A DNA stretch of 64,000 bases from Chloroflexota bacterium (GCA_021323855.1 JAJPKE010000032.1:749-64748); one strand, 5' to 3'; positions 18,443 through 28,330 are shown, counted from the stretch's first letter. The notes: generated by a model not told the origin, from the letters alone. Program-made: numbers and translations.

Positions 18443-19232
18443 GCAGCGAAAAAGCGATGCCGCACAAACTATTGGCGCATGCACAGTCGGTTTTCAAAGC
18501 AATTCTCTCATCATCTGTCCGCATCGCTTCATTGCTGGCGATCAGATTTTCCATGATTGCGTGGATTTGCTCACATCGGCAGGAGCTACGCCCACCTATC
18601 GCATCATACCCGAAGTGCAGATACCCGGCGGAAATGTTGACTATTTTCTCGTTGCTTCAAATGGGGATATTATTACAGATTATGTTGGTATCGAGATTCA
18701 GTCTCTTGATACAACCGGCTCAGGCGGTATCTGGGATGCCCGGCAGGATATAAATGCTGGTACACTGCACTCTTCCTATTCATACGGAATAAACTGGCGC
18801 ATGTCTGCCAAAACGATCCTTATGCAAATGCATCACAAATCTGAGTCGTTCGAAGGGTTGGGCAAAAAGCTTGTCCTTGTTGTACAGGCGGAGTTTTTTG
18901 CTTACATGGTGCGTGAGTTCAGTACCACTCATTTACGCGAAGCCTCGCCAGAAGACTCGGTTCACTTCCATATCTACGACATCTCGATCAGGGGAGATCA
19001 CCTGGAGCTTGCGATCAAGGAGCGGAAGAGTACGAGTGCTGCGGGTATCAACCAAATGCTGATGCTGGGGCGAGATGCGGGTATTGCTGATAACGATGTG
19101 AAGCATCTCATTCAAAACAAATGGTCAACCGGGCGCGATCTAGGAACCAGGACGCCCATTCAGGTCGAGCTTATTCATGAGGAGCGTGATACATCGAAAA
19201 GTCTCAGGATAGATGGAGACGAGGACTTCTAA
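18297..19232 (+). CDS. NotI-family type II restriction endonuclease
   Basis: Four-Cys metal site CPF..CVK..GACTV..ICPHRF and PD-(D/E)xK-type core GNVDYFLV..DYVGIEIQSLDTTG. ATG 18297 follows AAGGGGG. Confidence 0.8.
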   Translation: MMAQFPQRQKSTKCPVEFYGKLVSPENLAAFPPILAAQHCPFLSRTCVKQRKSDAAQTIGACTVGFQSNSLIICPHRFIAGDQIFHDCVDLLTSAGATPTYRIIPEVQIPGGNVDYFLVASNGDIITDYVGIEIQSLDTTGSGGIWDARQDINAGTLHSSYSYGINWRMSAKTILMQMHHKSESFEGLGKKLVLVVQAEFFAYMVREFSTTHLREASPEDSVHFHIYDISIRGDHLELAIKERKSTSAAGINQMLMLGRDAGIADNDVKHLIQNKWSTGRDLGTRTPIQVELIHEERDTSKSLRIDGDEDF

Positions 19233-19401
19233 GAGGGAGTTGACAGCCAACAGGATGGGCATCGGTGGAGAAAGACAGGCAGCGATGAACAGGGACCTCT
19301 GAACAATTCGACGGCGGTGGACGTTAACGAACACCAGCGAACGCCTATCCAGAGGACTCTTAATCAGCGTACTTGCATTATCCTTCCCGATGTGTTTAGC
19401 G

Positions 19402-19443
19402 AGGACTGGCCTAGCAGTTTTCCTTTCCTGCTAGGCCAGTCCC
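19402..19443. terminator. Strong hairpin between convergent genes
   Basis: GGACTGGCCTAGCAG-loop-CTGCTAGGCCAGTCC. Confidence 0.65.
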
Positions 19444-19481
19444 GCAGCGTTTGAGATCTCTACGTTTGCAATGGGCAGCAC

Positions 19482-20723
19482 TCAGCCTACATGACAGGCG
19501 AAGCTGGCACCCAGGCCGCCAGGATAGTGTTCAATAAGCGTTTCCTGAGTACCCGGCTGATAAACGATCCCCCAACCCACTGCCCAGGCATTGTTGGTCG
19601 AAATGGCCGCTACTCCGAACAACGTATCATCGTCTGGAGGCGCAGGAACATTGCTTGGCACTTGGCTCCACGTGGTCCCATCCCAGTGTTCAACTAATCC
19701 CATGGTAAGAGCATTGGTCGTCTGATATTGTCCCACCGCAAACACATCGGTAGGTGAGAGGACGCTGACACTGTAGAACACACCATTGAACAGGTTGGCC
19801 AGCGGAGCCGTCGGCACTACTGTCCAGGCCGTCCCATTCCAGTGTTCGGCAAAAGCTGTATTCTGCTGAGTCGAGAGACTGTAACTCGATCCCAACGCCC
19901 AGAGATCGCTGGGAGAGCTGCCATCAATCGCCCAGAGTTGTGTTGCGTTGATGGGAGGAATCGGCATGCTGGTCCAACTGCTGCCATTCCAGTGCAACAC
20001 CAATTGAATTGATCCGCTCCCTGATGCCGCGTCACTGCCAACGGCCCAGACATCATTGGAGGCAAACGCCTTGACACCGAACAGATTGGTAGCGACCCGT
20101 GAGGGGTTGGACACCGTTGCCCACACGGTGCCATTCCAATGGGCCGTCCAGGCATGTCCGTTATATCCATCACCCACCGCCCAAACATCATTGGCCGCGA
20201 TAGCCGCCAGTCCCCAGACCGCTGGCTGGGTATTCACAGGAAGTGTGGGTCCTGGCACCAAGCTCCACGTGGATCCATTCCAATGTTCAAAGAGCGGTAA
20301 AGATCGGCCCGAAGGAATGTCATAATAGCTTCCTGCTGCCCAGATATCAGTCGCAGAGACAGCACTGATCGCAGCCAAGCTATTATAGCTGACACCGTTA
20401 TTGGGACTGGAGATGACCGCCCAGCTGCTGCCATTCCACTGCTCGATGAGAGTTTGGTAGGGAGTGTTTACTGTACTAGAGTAGCTACCGACGGCCCACA
20501 CATCCGTCGCTGAAATGGCAGTGATTGCTCTCAGCGATGGCGAAATGCCAGGGTTGGGATTGGGATACTGGCTGAAGGTCTGTGACGGACACAGTGAAGC
20601 CTGTGCCTGGGTGGGTTTATGCGTCGTGATGAATAGCCCACTCACCATAAGAAGTGCTACACACGGCAGAAAGAGCAACATCCGATGCCACAGAAGACGA
20701 CCAAAGGTAGGTCGAGGTAACAT
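19482..20723 (-). CDS. Secreted repeat protein (putative beta-propeller)
   Basis: Signal peptide ending AQA; about 7 repeats of L.AI.A.S..DVWAVG....LIEHWNG..W. Confidence 0.8.
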   Translation of the reverse strand: MLPRPTFGRLLWHRMLLFLPCVALLMVSGLFITTHKPTQAQASLCPSQTFSQYPNPNPGISPSLRAITAISATDVWAVGSYSSTVNTPYQTLIEQWNGSSWAVISSPNNGVSYNSLAAISAVSATDIWAAGSYYDIPSGRSLPLFEHWNGSTWSLVPGPTLPVNTQPAVWGLAAIAANDVWAVGDGYNGHAWTAHWNGTVWATVSNPSRVATNLFGVKAFASNDVWAVGSDAASGSGSIQLVLHWNGSSWTSMPIPPINATQLWAIDGSSPSDLWALGSSYSLSTQQNTAFAEHWNGTAWTVVPTAPLANLFNGVFYSVSVLSPTDVFAVGQYQTTNALTMGLVEHWDGTTWSQVPSNVPAPPDDDTLFGVAAISTNNAWAVGWGIVYQPGTQETLIEHYPGGLGASFACHVG

Positions 20724-21058
20724 AGCCACTCTCCATCTCGCAATGCCCGTACACTCCTGAGGAGTTGGAGCATAGCAGGCCGTACACCAATAACCAAACG
20801 CGGCATGCTGCAAGTCGCTACTGAGCCACTACAGAGAGACAGTAGGCCCTTCACAGCAACGACCTGCACGTCAGTACGGTTGGTACAACATTACTGTACC
20901 TTACCTGTCAATGGCCTTCATTTAACCGTGAGAGTCATCAAGCCAATGGCACCAGCTTTTATCGCTCAGTAACGAGACAGCAACAGATGAGCATGAATGC
21001 CATGTGGTAGACTGCCATCAGCATATCCTGTTTCTAGCGCCTCGCAGGAGGGCAGTCT

Positions 21059-21120
21059 ATGAGCCATGTGCTTGAACTGACCGACGACAGGAGCTAGCGG
21101 AACTGAGGGATGTACGATGA
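21059..21120 (+). pseudogene. Internally deleted small gene remnant upstream of DUF433
   Basis: GGAGGG RBS, then MSHVLELTDD; another frame continues ELAELRDVR* and its TGA overlaps the DUF433 ATG (ATGA). Confidence 0.4.
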
Positions 21121-21470
21121 TACAGACAATTGAGCATGTGCAGGAGCGCGAAGGCGAGTATTACGTCACCAACACGCGCGTGCCTGTCGGAGTTGTCATC
21201 GCCTCATGGAAACGCGGCACACCACCCGAACACATCACTGAGCAGTTTCCCCCGCTCTCGCTGGCCGATGTCTACGGTGTCGTCACTTATTATCTGGACC
21301 ATCAGCAAGAGCTAGAGGCCCACTTTACCCGGCTGGAAGAGGAATACGAACGCGCCCGCCTTGCCGAACGTGCCGAACGTCCGGAGTTCTATGCCGATCT
21401 CCATCAGCGCATCGAGACATGGCGTGCCACACATCCAACAGAGACTTCAGATGGAGATAACGCTGAATGA
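21117..21470 (+). CDS. DUF433 family protein (VapB45-like antitoxin)
   Basis: TRVPVGVVI..G.PPEHI.EQFPPLSLADVYGVVTYYLDHQQEL. Confidence 0.85.
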   Translation: MIQTIEHVQEREGEYYVTNTRVPVGVVIASWKRGTPPEHITEQFPPLSLADVYGVVTYYLDHQQELEAHFTRLEEEYERARLAERAERPEFYADLHQRIETWRATHPTETSDGDNAE

Positions 21471-21601
21471 AGCCAATCATGGACGAGGAGCGCCCACGCT
21501 TCCTGGCCGATGAAGGCTTCAACATGGACGTGACAACGGGATTACGTCGAGCGTATCCAGAGAATGAACTAGGCTGCCATAACAATGAGATAGAGTCGTG
21601 A
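21467..21601 (+). pseudogene. Truncated DUF5615 (VapC45-like PIN) toxin
   Basis: ATGA-coupled to DUF433; MKPIMDEERPRFLADEGFNMDVTTGLRRAYPE, then unrelated sequence and a stop at 44 aa. Confidence 0.7.
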
Positions 21602-21613
21602 AGGGGTAGGGAA

Positions 21614-22258
21614 ATGCCGGAGCAACACCTCGATCCGTTTTCACCTGGCGGACAGTTTGCCGCAAATCCGCAGTTGTACGACTATATACACAGCATCACA
21701 TTCGGCGCAGATGGCGGTATCGAGATGGTGGATGGCGCGGGGCAGGTGCTGAACACGCTGGTGCGCGGCCAATTTTCCGCCGAACAAGTAGAACCAGATA
21801 GCTTCCTGTTACATCTGACTGACCTCGTGGAGATAGACCCCTATTACAAACTACGATGGTTGCGCCAGACGCAAGAAGATACCGACGCCAGAATGAAAAT
21901 TTCGTTCGAGGAGATTCCTCATGAAGATCGTGATGTCATTCGCCAGGTACCACCATCGAGCATTATGGTGGAGCGCGAAGAAGGACTCTTCGTGTTGCAG
22001 TGCCAGGTCGTCTGGCGAATAGACGATGAGCAGGAGTGGCCGTATCTGCTCGCACGGATACGCTATAGATTTGCCACTGACCCACTCCTGCTGTACGAGG
22101 AGAACCGGCAAAGGAATCTGTATTATCAGTTGGAGCCGCCGGAACCTGATACGAGCGTGTATTATCGAATGGCGGATATCCAGCGGCTGACCGCCAGGGA
22201 ACTGGCAGAGGCGGGTATCGCAGTTGAGAAAGACACCTCATCTAGCGATGATACCTGA
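21614..22258 (+). CDS. Hypothetical protein
   Basis: 214-aa acidic ORF with a purine-rich RBS; no family recognised. Confidence 0.7.
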   Translation: MPEQHLDPFSPGGQFAANPQLYDYIHSITFGADGGIEMVDGAGQVLNTLVRGQFSAEQVEPDSFLLHLTDLVEIDPYYKLRWLRQTQEDTDARMKISFEEIPHEDRDVIRQVPPSSIMVEREEGLFVLQCQVVWRIDDEQEWPYLLARIRYRFATDPLLLYEENRQRNLYYQLEPPEPDTSVYYRMADIQRLTARELAEAGIAVEKDTSSSDDT

Positions 22259-22279
22259 TGAGCGGGAGGGGCAGGTACC

Positions 22280-22570
22280 ATGCCGATTACGCATGATGAT
22301 CTTCTGGGACTGATGGATATCATCGGGCGGCCAGACGATTATGTTCCCTATGGCGAGAATCGGGACCGCGAAGGTGACGAAGGGAGCGATCCAGAGGCAT
22401 ATCGCGGTGATTGTTCCTGCGGCTGTAAGTGGTTTGTGCCACTGGGAGGGGCGGTGGGCAACGATTGGGGCGTTTGCGTCAATCGAGCGAGCTATCGCTG
22501 TGGATTGCTGACCTTCGAGCATCAAGGCTGCCGGTACTTCGAGGAAGACCCTGACCTCCGAGCAGAATGA
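22280..22570 (+). CDS. DUF3027-like Cys-rich protein
   Basis: CSCGCKWFVPLGG..DWGVCVN..S..CGLLTFEHQGC; GGAGG RBS. Confidence 0.65.
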   Translation: MPITHDDLLGLMDIIGRPDDYVPYGENRDREGDEGSDPEAYRGDCSCGCKWFVPLGGAVGNDWGVCVNRASYRCGLLTFEHQGCRYFEEDPDLRAE

Positions 22571-22684
22571 GAACGCGAGGCTGCGCGCTCACAAGAGCGG
22601 CTCAGAACCGAACGCCCGGAACTGTGGGCACGCTTGCAGGCAGCGCGAGCGCGGCGAAAGGATAAGGATAAAGAAGGTGTATGA
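22571..22684 (+). pseudogene. Probable C-terminal fragment of a second DUF433-type antitoxin
   Basis: In-frame EREAARSQERLRTERPELWARLQAARARR resembles the tail of the 21117 protein (ERARLAERAERPEFYADL); ends in an ATGA overlap. Confidence 0.35.
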
Positions 22685-22760
22685 CTCACCGGCTGGCTGT
22701 ATCGCAGCGTGGAGACGAGCGCGAGGTGGTACTCACACTCACCTCCACAAAGTACAGATG

Positions 22761-24239
22761 CTAGCTTGCGTGTGGCATATCCGCTGGCACCAACAAGGCA
22801 GTGGCAGCCGTCGCGGTCGTAGGAGCGGAACGCTGCGACGTTGCTTGCGCTCCCGATGCTGATGCTGCGCTAGCCGTGGGCGTTGGCTTCGTTCGCACCG
22901 GACACTGGCGCTGCTGCAAGATGAGCGGCTGATTCCACACGCGGCTGAAGTCGAACCAGTGCAGCGGATCGCCGCCCTGGGTGTCGCGCCGTCCCATGCT
23001 GGGCAGTCCCCACAACTCCTCGGCCAGACGCAGCACGCTGGCGAATTCGCTCTGCACATGCGTCACATGCGGATTGGCACTGTTGTCTTGAGCATGCGCA
23101 TAGGGTGAGATCACCAGCAGCGGCACGCGGAACCCCAGCCCCAGCGCGTCCTCCTGTGGCGGCGCGACATGATCGTAGAAGCCACCGTAATCGTCCCAGG
23201 TCACCACCAGCGCCGTCGAGGACCAATACTGGCTGTTTTCCAGCGCATTGACCAGCTTCACCGTCCAGTTTTCCCCAGCGCAGGTGGACTGTGGCGGATG
23301 CTCGCTGGCGCCGCCCGGAGGCGTCACCCAGGAGAAGGTTGGCAGGCCGCCATTAGCAAGGTCGCTGAAGAGCGTGGTCCCGGAGTCGAAGACATGGCTC
23401 TGGTAGACGCCTGGCGCATAGTCCTGGCTGAAGGCAGCAATGCTATCCCACTGGTGGCCGTAGCCGTTGGCCACGTCCGTGTAATACTTCCAACTGATGC
23501 CGTTGGCGCTCAGCTCATCGGCAAAGGTTGAGTAGTTCCAGCAGGGATACGCCTTCTGGCCGTTGAGGAGATGCACCGTCGTGCCGGAAGGCGCATCGCA
23601 GCCCCAATGATCTTTCGAGGACACCGGCGGATTGTCAATGTCCGACTGGGGCATAGTCGGTCCGGTGGCGGCGCCTATCGCTTCCAGGTGATTCGGGAAG
23701 CTCTCAGACATCACGCTGGAGAAGTTGTTGTCAGAAAGCTCAAATTGTTGCGCCAGCGCCCAATAATTGGGGATCAGCGATTGCGAGGCCACTTCATAGC
23801 AGACGTAGGGCGCAACGCCACAATTGGTCGTCGAGGTGGATTGCCGCTCGCCGATGTTGAAGGCGTCCATCTTGCCATTGTCATAGTCAACCCAGGCGCC
23901 TCTCCAATCATGCCCTAGCTCCGGCTGGCTATCTTGCATAGGATTGAGTGGAATGGTGCTGGTTGTGCCATTAGCATTTTTAATGAGGCCGGTGGTTGCG
24001 CCATTGACGCCAGGGAACGCCCCGAAATACGAATCGAAGGTGTGATTCTCTTTTATCAGGAAGATGACGTGCTGAAGCGGCGTAGTGCCTAGCGGCCCCC
24101 GAATGATAGGGTGCCGCCCTTGATTGGCTTGGCTGGCATGAGCAGGCGCGTAAAACACTACTCCAACGATCAGCAGAATCGCTGCAATGCTGGCGGCGAG
24201 TAGAAAGAATCGCGAGCGACGAAGACGCGCGAAGATCAT
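22761..24239 (-). CDS. Secreted phosphoesterase (phospholipase C/acid phosphatase, alkaline-phosphatase superfamily)
   Basis: Signal peptide; [45 protein letters not shown]. Confidence 0.9.
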   Translation of the reverse strand: MIFARLRRSRFFLLAASIAAILLIVGVVFYAPAHASQANQGRHPIIRGPLGTTPLQHVIFLIKENHTFDSYFGAFPGVNGATTGLIKNANGTTSTIPLNPMQDSQPELGHDWRGAWVDYDNGKMDAFNIGERQSTSTTNCGVAPYVCYEVASQSLIPNYWALAQQFELSDNNFSSVMSESFPNHLEAIGAATGPTMPQSDIDNPPVSSKDHWGCDAPSGTTVHLLNGQKAYPCWNYSTFADELSANGISWKYYTDVANGYGHQWDSIAAFSQDYAPGVYQSHVFDSGTTLFSDLANGGLPTFSWVTPPGGASEHPPQSTCAGENWTVKLVNALENSQYWSSTALVVTWDDYGGFYDHVAPPQEDALGLGFRVPLLVISPYAHAQDNSANPHVTHVQSEFASVLRLAEELWGLPSMGRRDTQGGDPLHWFDFSRVWNQPLILQQRQCPVRTKPTPTASAASASGAQATSQRSAPTTATAATALLVPADMPHAS

Positions 24240-24500
24240 AAATAGCTTCCCCCACGGCAACGCAATCGCAAGAAAGCGTCAAGTTAAGAACACACTACGA
24301 GAATACGGACGATAATCTCTTTCTAAAGCTACAAAGACACATGAGCAGCGCCTGTGTTTCTATTCAATCATACACGAAAGGGTGCAATATCCACATACGT
24401 TTACCCAAATTGCTCATGCGGCCTCTGTAAGAGGATGACGGGTACCTGATATGATAGTAACAATCGAATCTTGTCGCGATATGGACTTCAGCGTACTTGG

Positions 24501-24527
24501 TGGGGACAGACAGGAATGTCTGCCCCA
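24501..24527. repeat. REP-like palindrome, family A
   Basis: TGGGGACAGACAGGAATGTCTGCCCCA. Confidence 0.65.
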
Positions 24528-24599
24528 TTGTTGGGGTATCCATGCGCGCATTCGCAGCATATGCGCATCCATGTACGCATCCATGTACGCATCAAGGAT

Positions 24600-25163
24600 T
24601 CAGGAGATGAATGCGACTGCATCGGTTGGGCGGATGATGAGCGCGTGATAGATCATGCCCATGCGTTCTGGCGGATGGGGCATATCATGCTCCAACCACC
24701 ACTGGATCAGCGCAATAGAGGAGGCGACCAGATGATGCGCCGCAATTTCCGGCGGCACCACGGCATTCTCCGCAGGCGTGCGGTTCATCAGGACGCGCTT
24801 CGTGGCGGCATCGAAGATATGGCGCGTCATGCTCGTTGAACCGCGACTGCCCAGCAGCACGCGGCAGACCTCGCTATGCTCCTGCACGTACTGAAACAGC
24901 AGCGTGCCCATCTGATCGGAATCTGCCTCAGATGAGGGAGGCAACAGCAGCTCGATCAATTCTTCCAGCACTACCTCCAGCACATCGAGCAGCAGCGCGT
25001 CTTTGTCGTGATAATGGCGGAAGAACGTAGCGTAGCCGATGTCGGCTCGCTGGGTAATATCGCGGATGGTAACGGCGTCGTAGCCTTTTTCCAGCGTCAG
25101 CGCAATCAGCGCCTTCGCCAGCAAGATGCGTGTGCGTTTGACACGCCGATCCTGTGCGTCCAT
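24600..25163 (-). CDS. TetR/AcrR family regulator
   Basis: DRRVKRTR..L..AL..L..EKGYDAVTIRDITQRADIGYATFFRHY HTH. Confidence 0.9.
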   Translation of the reverse strand: MDAQDRRVKRTRILLAKALIALTLEKGYDAVTIRDITQRADIGYATFFRHYHDKDALLLDVLEVVLEELIELLLPPSSEADSDQMGTLLFQYVQEHSEVCRVLLGSRGSTSMTRHIFDAATKRVLMNRTPAENAVVPPEIAAHHLVASSIALIQWWLEHDMPHPPERMGMIYHALIIRPTDAVAFIS

Positions 25164-25560
25164 CGTCCCCCCATACCAACCGGCACTCCAAATCGTTCTC
25201 GTCGTTCTCACGTCGTCTCGATGGCCCAGAAGAATCCAGATGGTCCAGACGCCCCTGCGGAGAGGCGCATGCCTGCCGGTCATGCGCCCATTCTATCATG
25301 TTCATGGGCAATACGCGGCCTTCGTGCGGAGCCGCCCAGCTAGTCCAAAATGCTTGCCGATGGTTCGTTCTGCGAAGCCCAAACATCCAATAGTGGCTGT
25401 TAACCTGAATTGTCTATCCAACCGGCAGAGTTGGCATGGCATGATACTATGGCTTATATCCGGCTATCCAGATCCCAGATCACGCCACCAGAACAGTCAA
25501 AATCACAATCACGATCACAAGGCGGCTACGCAGCGCCTATCCGCAGAGAGCGAGGCACAG

Positions 25561-26511
25561 ATGATTCCACGAGAAATGGTCTCGTTGATGGAACGCCGCC
25601 GGCTGGTGGCAGAGGTGCGCACCGCCACGGCTATCCAGGCGCTCGGCGTTGTGGACGCGCTGGCGGCGGCTGGCATCACCAGCATCGAAATCTCGCTGAC
25701 GATTCCCGGCGCCAACGAGATTCTCAGCCATGTGGCCGCCCGGCGCGACATCCTGGTCGGTGTCGGCGCAGTCCTCGATCCACGCCAGGCGAGCGAGGCC
25801 ATCTCCAATGGTGCGCGCTTCGTCTCCTCTCCCATCCTGGCGGCGGACCTCGTGCCCGTCTGCCGTGACGCCAATGTCGCTTGCATCCTGGGCGCACTCA
25901 CGCCAACCGAGATCATTCAAGCGCAGCGGGCTGGAGCCGAAATGGTTAAGCTCTTTCCCGCAGAGGCGCTTGGTGGGCCGATCTATGTGCGCGCGCTGCT
26001 GCGCCAGTTGACACATGTCAGCCTGCAAGTCTCCGGTGGCTTCACGGCGGAGAATATGACCGAGTATCTCCAATTGCCGGTGCGCACACTGGCGCTCGGT
26101 TCGTTGCTCGTTCCGCGCGTTCTCTATGAGCGCGGCAACTGGCAGGCGATCACCAACCGCGCTCGCGCTTTCGTCGAGTTCGCCGCTAATCCACATGTCA
26201 ACGCCGCACGTTTCCTGGCGATGATCGGCGGCGCCACACCCATGCGGCCAATGCCACCACAACAGCAGCAACCAGGACTCGATCCGGTGGCTGTCATCTC
26301 CGCCGTGCCGACGATCAATATATCTCCGGCAGCCGCCGCAGCGGTGGCCGCCGCTGGCCACGCCGAGCCGGAACCCGAATACGATGCCGCCAATACCTAC
26401 GACGCAGGCGATGCGTATGATCCCAGCGCGTATGATCCCAGCAGTGGCTCGTTCAAGCCGTGGGATTCACGTCCCATCGAGCTAGGGGACGACGAAGACT
26501 GGCTACGCTGA
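25561..26511 (+). CDS. KDPG/KHG aldolase (Eda) family protein with a long low-complexity C-terminal extension
   Basis: IEISLT, GARFVSSP, GALTPTEI, Schiff-base KLFPA; about 100 extra residues rich in P/Q/A/D/Y. Confidence 0.8.
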   Translation: MIPREMVSLMERRRLVAEVRTATAIQALGVVDALAAAGITSIEISLTIPGANEILSHVAARRDILVGVGAVLDPRQASEAISNGARFVSSPILAADLVPVCRDANVACILGALTPTEIIQAQRAGAEMVKLFPAEALGGPIYVRALLRQLTHVSLQVSGGFTAENMTEYLQLPVRTLALGSLLVPRVLYERGNWQAITNRARAFVEFAANPHVNAARFLAMIGGATPMRPMPPQQQQPGLDPVAVISAVPTINISPAAAAAVAAAGHAEPEPEYDAANTYDAGDAYDPSAYDPSSGSFKPWDSRPIELGDDEDWLR

Positions 26512-26696
26512 GGAAGTGAAGCGCTGACATGCTGAGATGATGAAACGCTCAGCATGCCGTCGCTCCAACTTCTTTCCCCAGCAAAACGTATAGCACTTGT
26601 GAATCAGGCGCACTGGATATGTGTCCGATTCATACGCGACTGGAACACGAATACGATCCATTTACCGCCATAGCGCCATAGAGGGAGAGTCTCATC

Positions 26697-26942
26697 ATGG
26701 CAAGCGAAAGCACCAACCGATCTATGGGATGTGCCACATGGGTGGCAATCTTGACCTGCCTGTTCGTCCCGCTGATTGGCCATATCTGGGTGACGCTGAT
26801 GATCCTTCAGGATGACCTCTCGATCATCGAGAAAATCCTCTGGATTGCTGTCGTTTGGCTCACGATTTACTTTATCGGGCCGTTCTTGTACCTGCTGCTG
26901 GGCCAGCGGCGCAACCGGCTCTTCGGCCAGCGCGCGTTCTAG
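26697..26942 (+). CDS. Small membrane protein (PLDc_N-like)
   Basis: EKILWIAVVWL..FIGPFLYLLLG motif; GAGGGAG RBS. Confidence 0.75.
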   Translation: MASESTNRSMGCATWVAILTCLFVPLIGHIWVTLMILQDDLSIIEKILWIAVVWLTIYFIGPFLYLLLGQRRNRLFGQRAF

Positions 26943-26980
26943 CGTGTCACCTTGCTGTCGCCTTCTGAGCAGGTGAAAGA

Positions 26981-27027
26981 GACGGCTGCGGATGCAAGTG
27001 GCGCATCCGCAGCCGTCGTTTATTTTT
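26981..27027 (+). terminator. Intrinsic terminator
   Basis: GACGGCTGCGGATGC..GCATCCGCAGCCGTC followed by GTTTATTTTT. Confidence 0.8.
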
Positions 27028-27088
27028 GTGTGGCGACAATTGCTTTGCTATTGCTGCACCCGGACACGCTTATTGCATCTCCTGGCTG

Positions 27089-28330
27089 CTAGTTCTTGAG
27101 GTAATTGGCGTGGGTGCGGTCCTCGGCGGCCATCTGCCGGTTGCCCAGCCGCTCATAGACGGTGGAGCGAGCGGCGAAGACCTCTGCGGCCTCCGGCTCA
27201 CATTCGATGGCGCGATTGAGCGCGTTCAGCGCCTCGCGGTAGCGTCCGAGCGTCGTCAGGGCGATGCCGATGGTGTACGGGCCGCGATAGTCGTCTGGCA
27301 CGCGCAGTTGCATCAACTCGCCCAGGTCAATCGCCGCATTGACATCGCCGTCGGCCAGCGAGAGACGCGCCTTCAGCGCCAGCGCCGCGCAGTCATCAAG
27401 GTCGGCGGCAAGGATACGCTCGATAGTGTCAAGAGCACCGGCGCTATCGCCAGCGGCGGCGCGCTGTTCAGCGTCCGCGAAGGCGATGCGCCGGAGCAGA
27501 CGATTCGCGCTGCTGCCTTCGCGCTCGCCCGGCTCTGGCATATCCACCAGGCGAAAACGACCGTAGGGCGCCTGATGTTCGGCGTCCACCGGCGCATTGA
27601 CCGCCTGGACGCTGCCAGCGTCGCCAAGATCAATCTCGCTGCCGGCGGCTAGATGTGCGCCATTGATGAGGTGCAGCGCCACGTCGCGCAGAAACGCCTG
27701 TGCCTCCTGCTCCAGCGAGATCGGAACGGCGACCAATCCTAGCTCCGGCTGGCCGAACTTCTGCATGCCATGCGTATGCAGCCAGGTGCTTTCAGACGCC
27801 CACTGCTCACTCTGGAAGGTGACATGCACGAGCGGGTCGGCGCCGATGAACGAGAGTACCTGCTCGCGCGAGCAGCAGCGTTGCGCCGCCGGGTCAACAA
27901 CGACGCCCTCGGTAAGGTCTATCAGCGAGCGCAGCATCAGCATCGCCCAGTTGAGCGCCGGCATGACCTGTGGCTGTGGTGTGGTCAGGCGCATGCTATA
28001 GGCAAGCCGCCCTTCGCGCAGCGTGCGCGTATCGTTGGGGCCGAGGCCACGGGTGAGTGTCGCCAGCGATGTCTCATCCATGCCGGCGGTCATGGCTTTC
28101 TCGTATTGGTAGACTGTGATGACGGCGGAGGCAGCGGTATCCTTCACTGGCGCCTCATACAGCCCTAGCTTCTGCCGTCCAGGAGTGGTAGCGAGTTCCG
28201 CGATGGAGGGATAGCGCCAAACAGCATCGCCAAGTCCGGCTGCAGCAATCGCTTTGCTTACGATATCCGGCGCCGGCGGGTCATTGTAACGTGACACGAC
28301 GACCAGGTCGATAGCAATTTCCAGCGGCAT
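27089..28330 (-). CDS. Protein with an N-terminal WLHTHG-type domain and C-terminal TPRs
   Basis: WLHTHGMQKFGQPEL motif; TPRs (GRYREALNALNRAIECEP). Confidence 0.75.
   Translation of the reverse strand: MPLEIAIDLVVVSRYNDPPAPDIVSKAIAAAGLGDAVWRYPSIAELATTPGRQKLGLYEAPVKDTAASAVITVYQYEKAMTAGMDETSLATLTRGLGPNDTRTLREGRLAYSMRLTTPQPQVMPALNWAMLMLRSLIDLTEGVVVDPAAQRCCSREQVLSFIGADPLVHVTFQSEQWASESTWLHTHGMQKFGQPELGLVAVPISLEQEAQAFLRDVALHLINGAHLAAGSEIDLGDAGSVQAVNAPVDAEHQAPYGRFRLVDMPEPGEREGSSANRLLRRIAFADAEQRAAAGDSAGALDTIERILAADLDDCAALALKARLSLADGDVNAAIDLGELMQLRVPDDYRGPYTIGIALTTLGRYREALNALNRAIECEPEAAEVFAARSTVYERLGNRQMAAEDRTHANYLKN

Noticed and set aside
21570-21613. CCATAAC resembling an integron attC R'' box
   Set aside because: No complementary GTTRRRY end or L boxes, and no integrase in the window.
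22568-22570. Second possible selenocysteine TGA
   Set aside because: Not in a Cys/redox motif and no convincing SECIS; better explained as a true stop or a fragment junction.
24560-24595. Tandem GCATCCATGTAC repeat
   Set aside because: Only about two and a half copies with no spacers; a simple duplication, not CRISPR.
25126-25560. 145-aa N-terminal extension of the aldolase ORF, and similar long upstream extensions of the TetR, NUDIX and MscL ORFs
   Set aside because: These extensions are non-protein-like and some overlap divergent genes; family homology begins at downstream starts.
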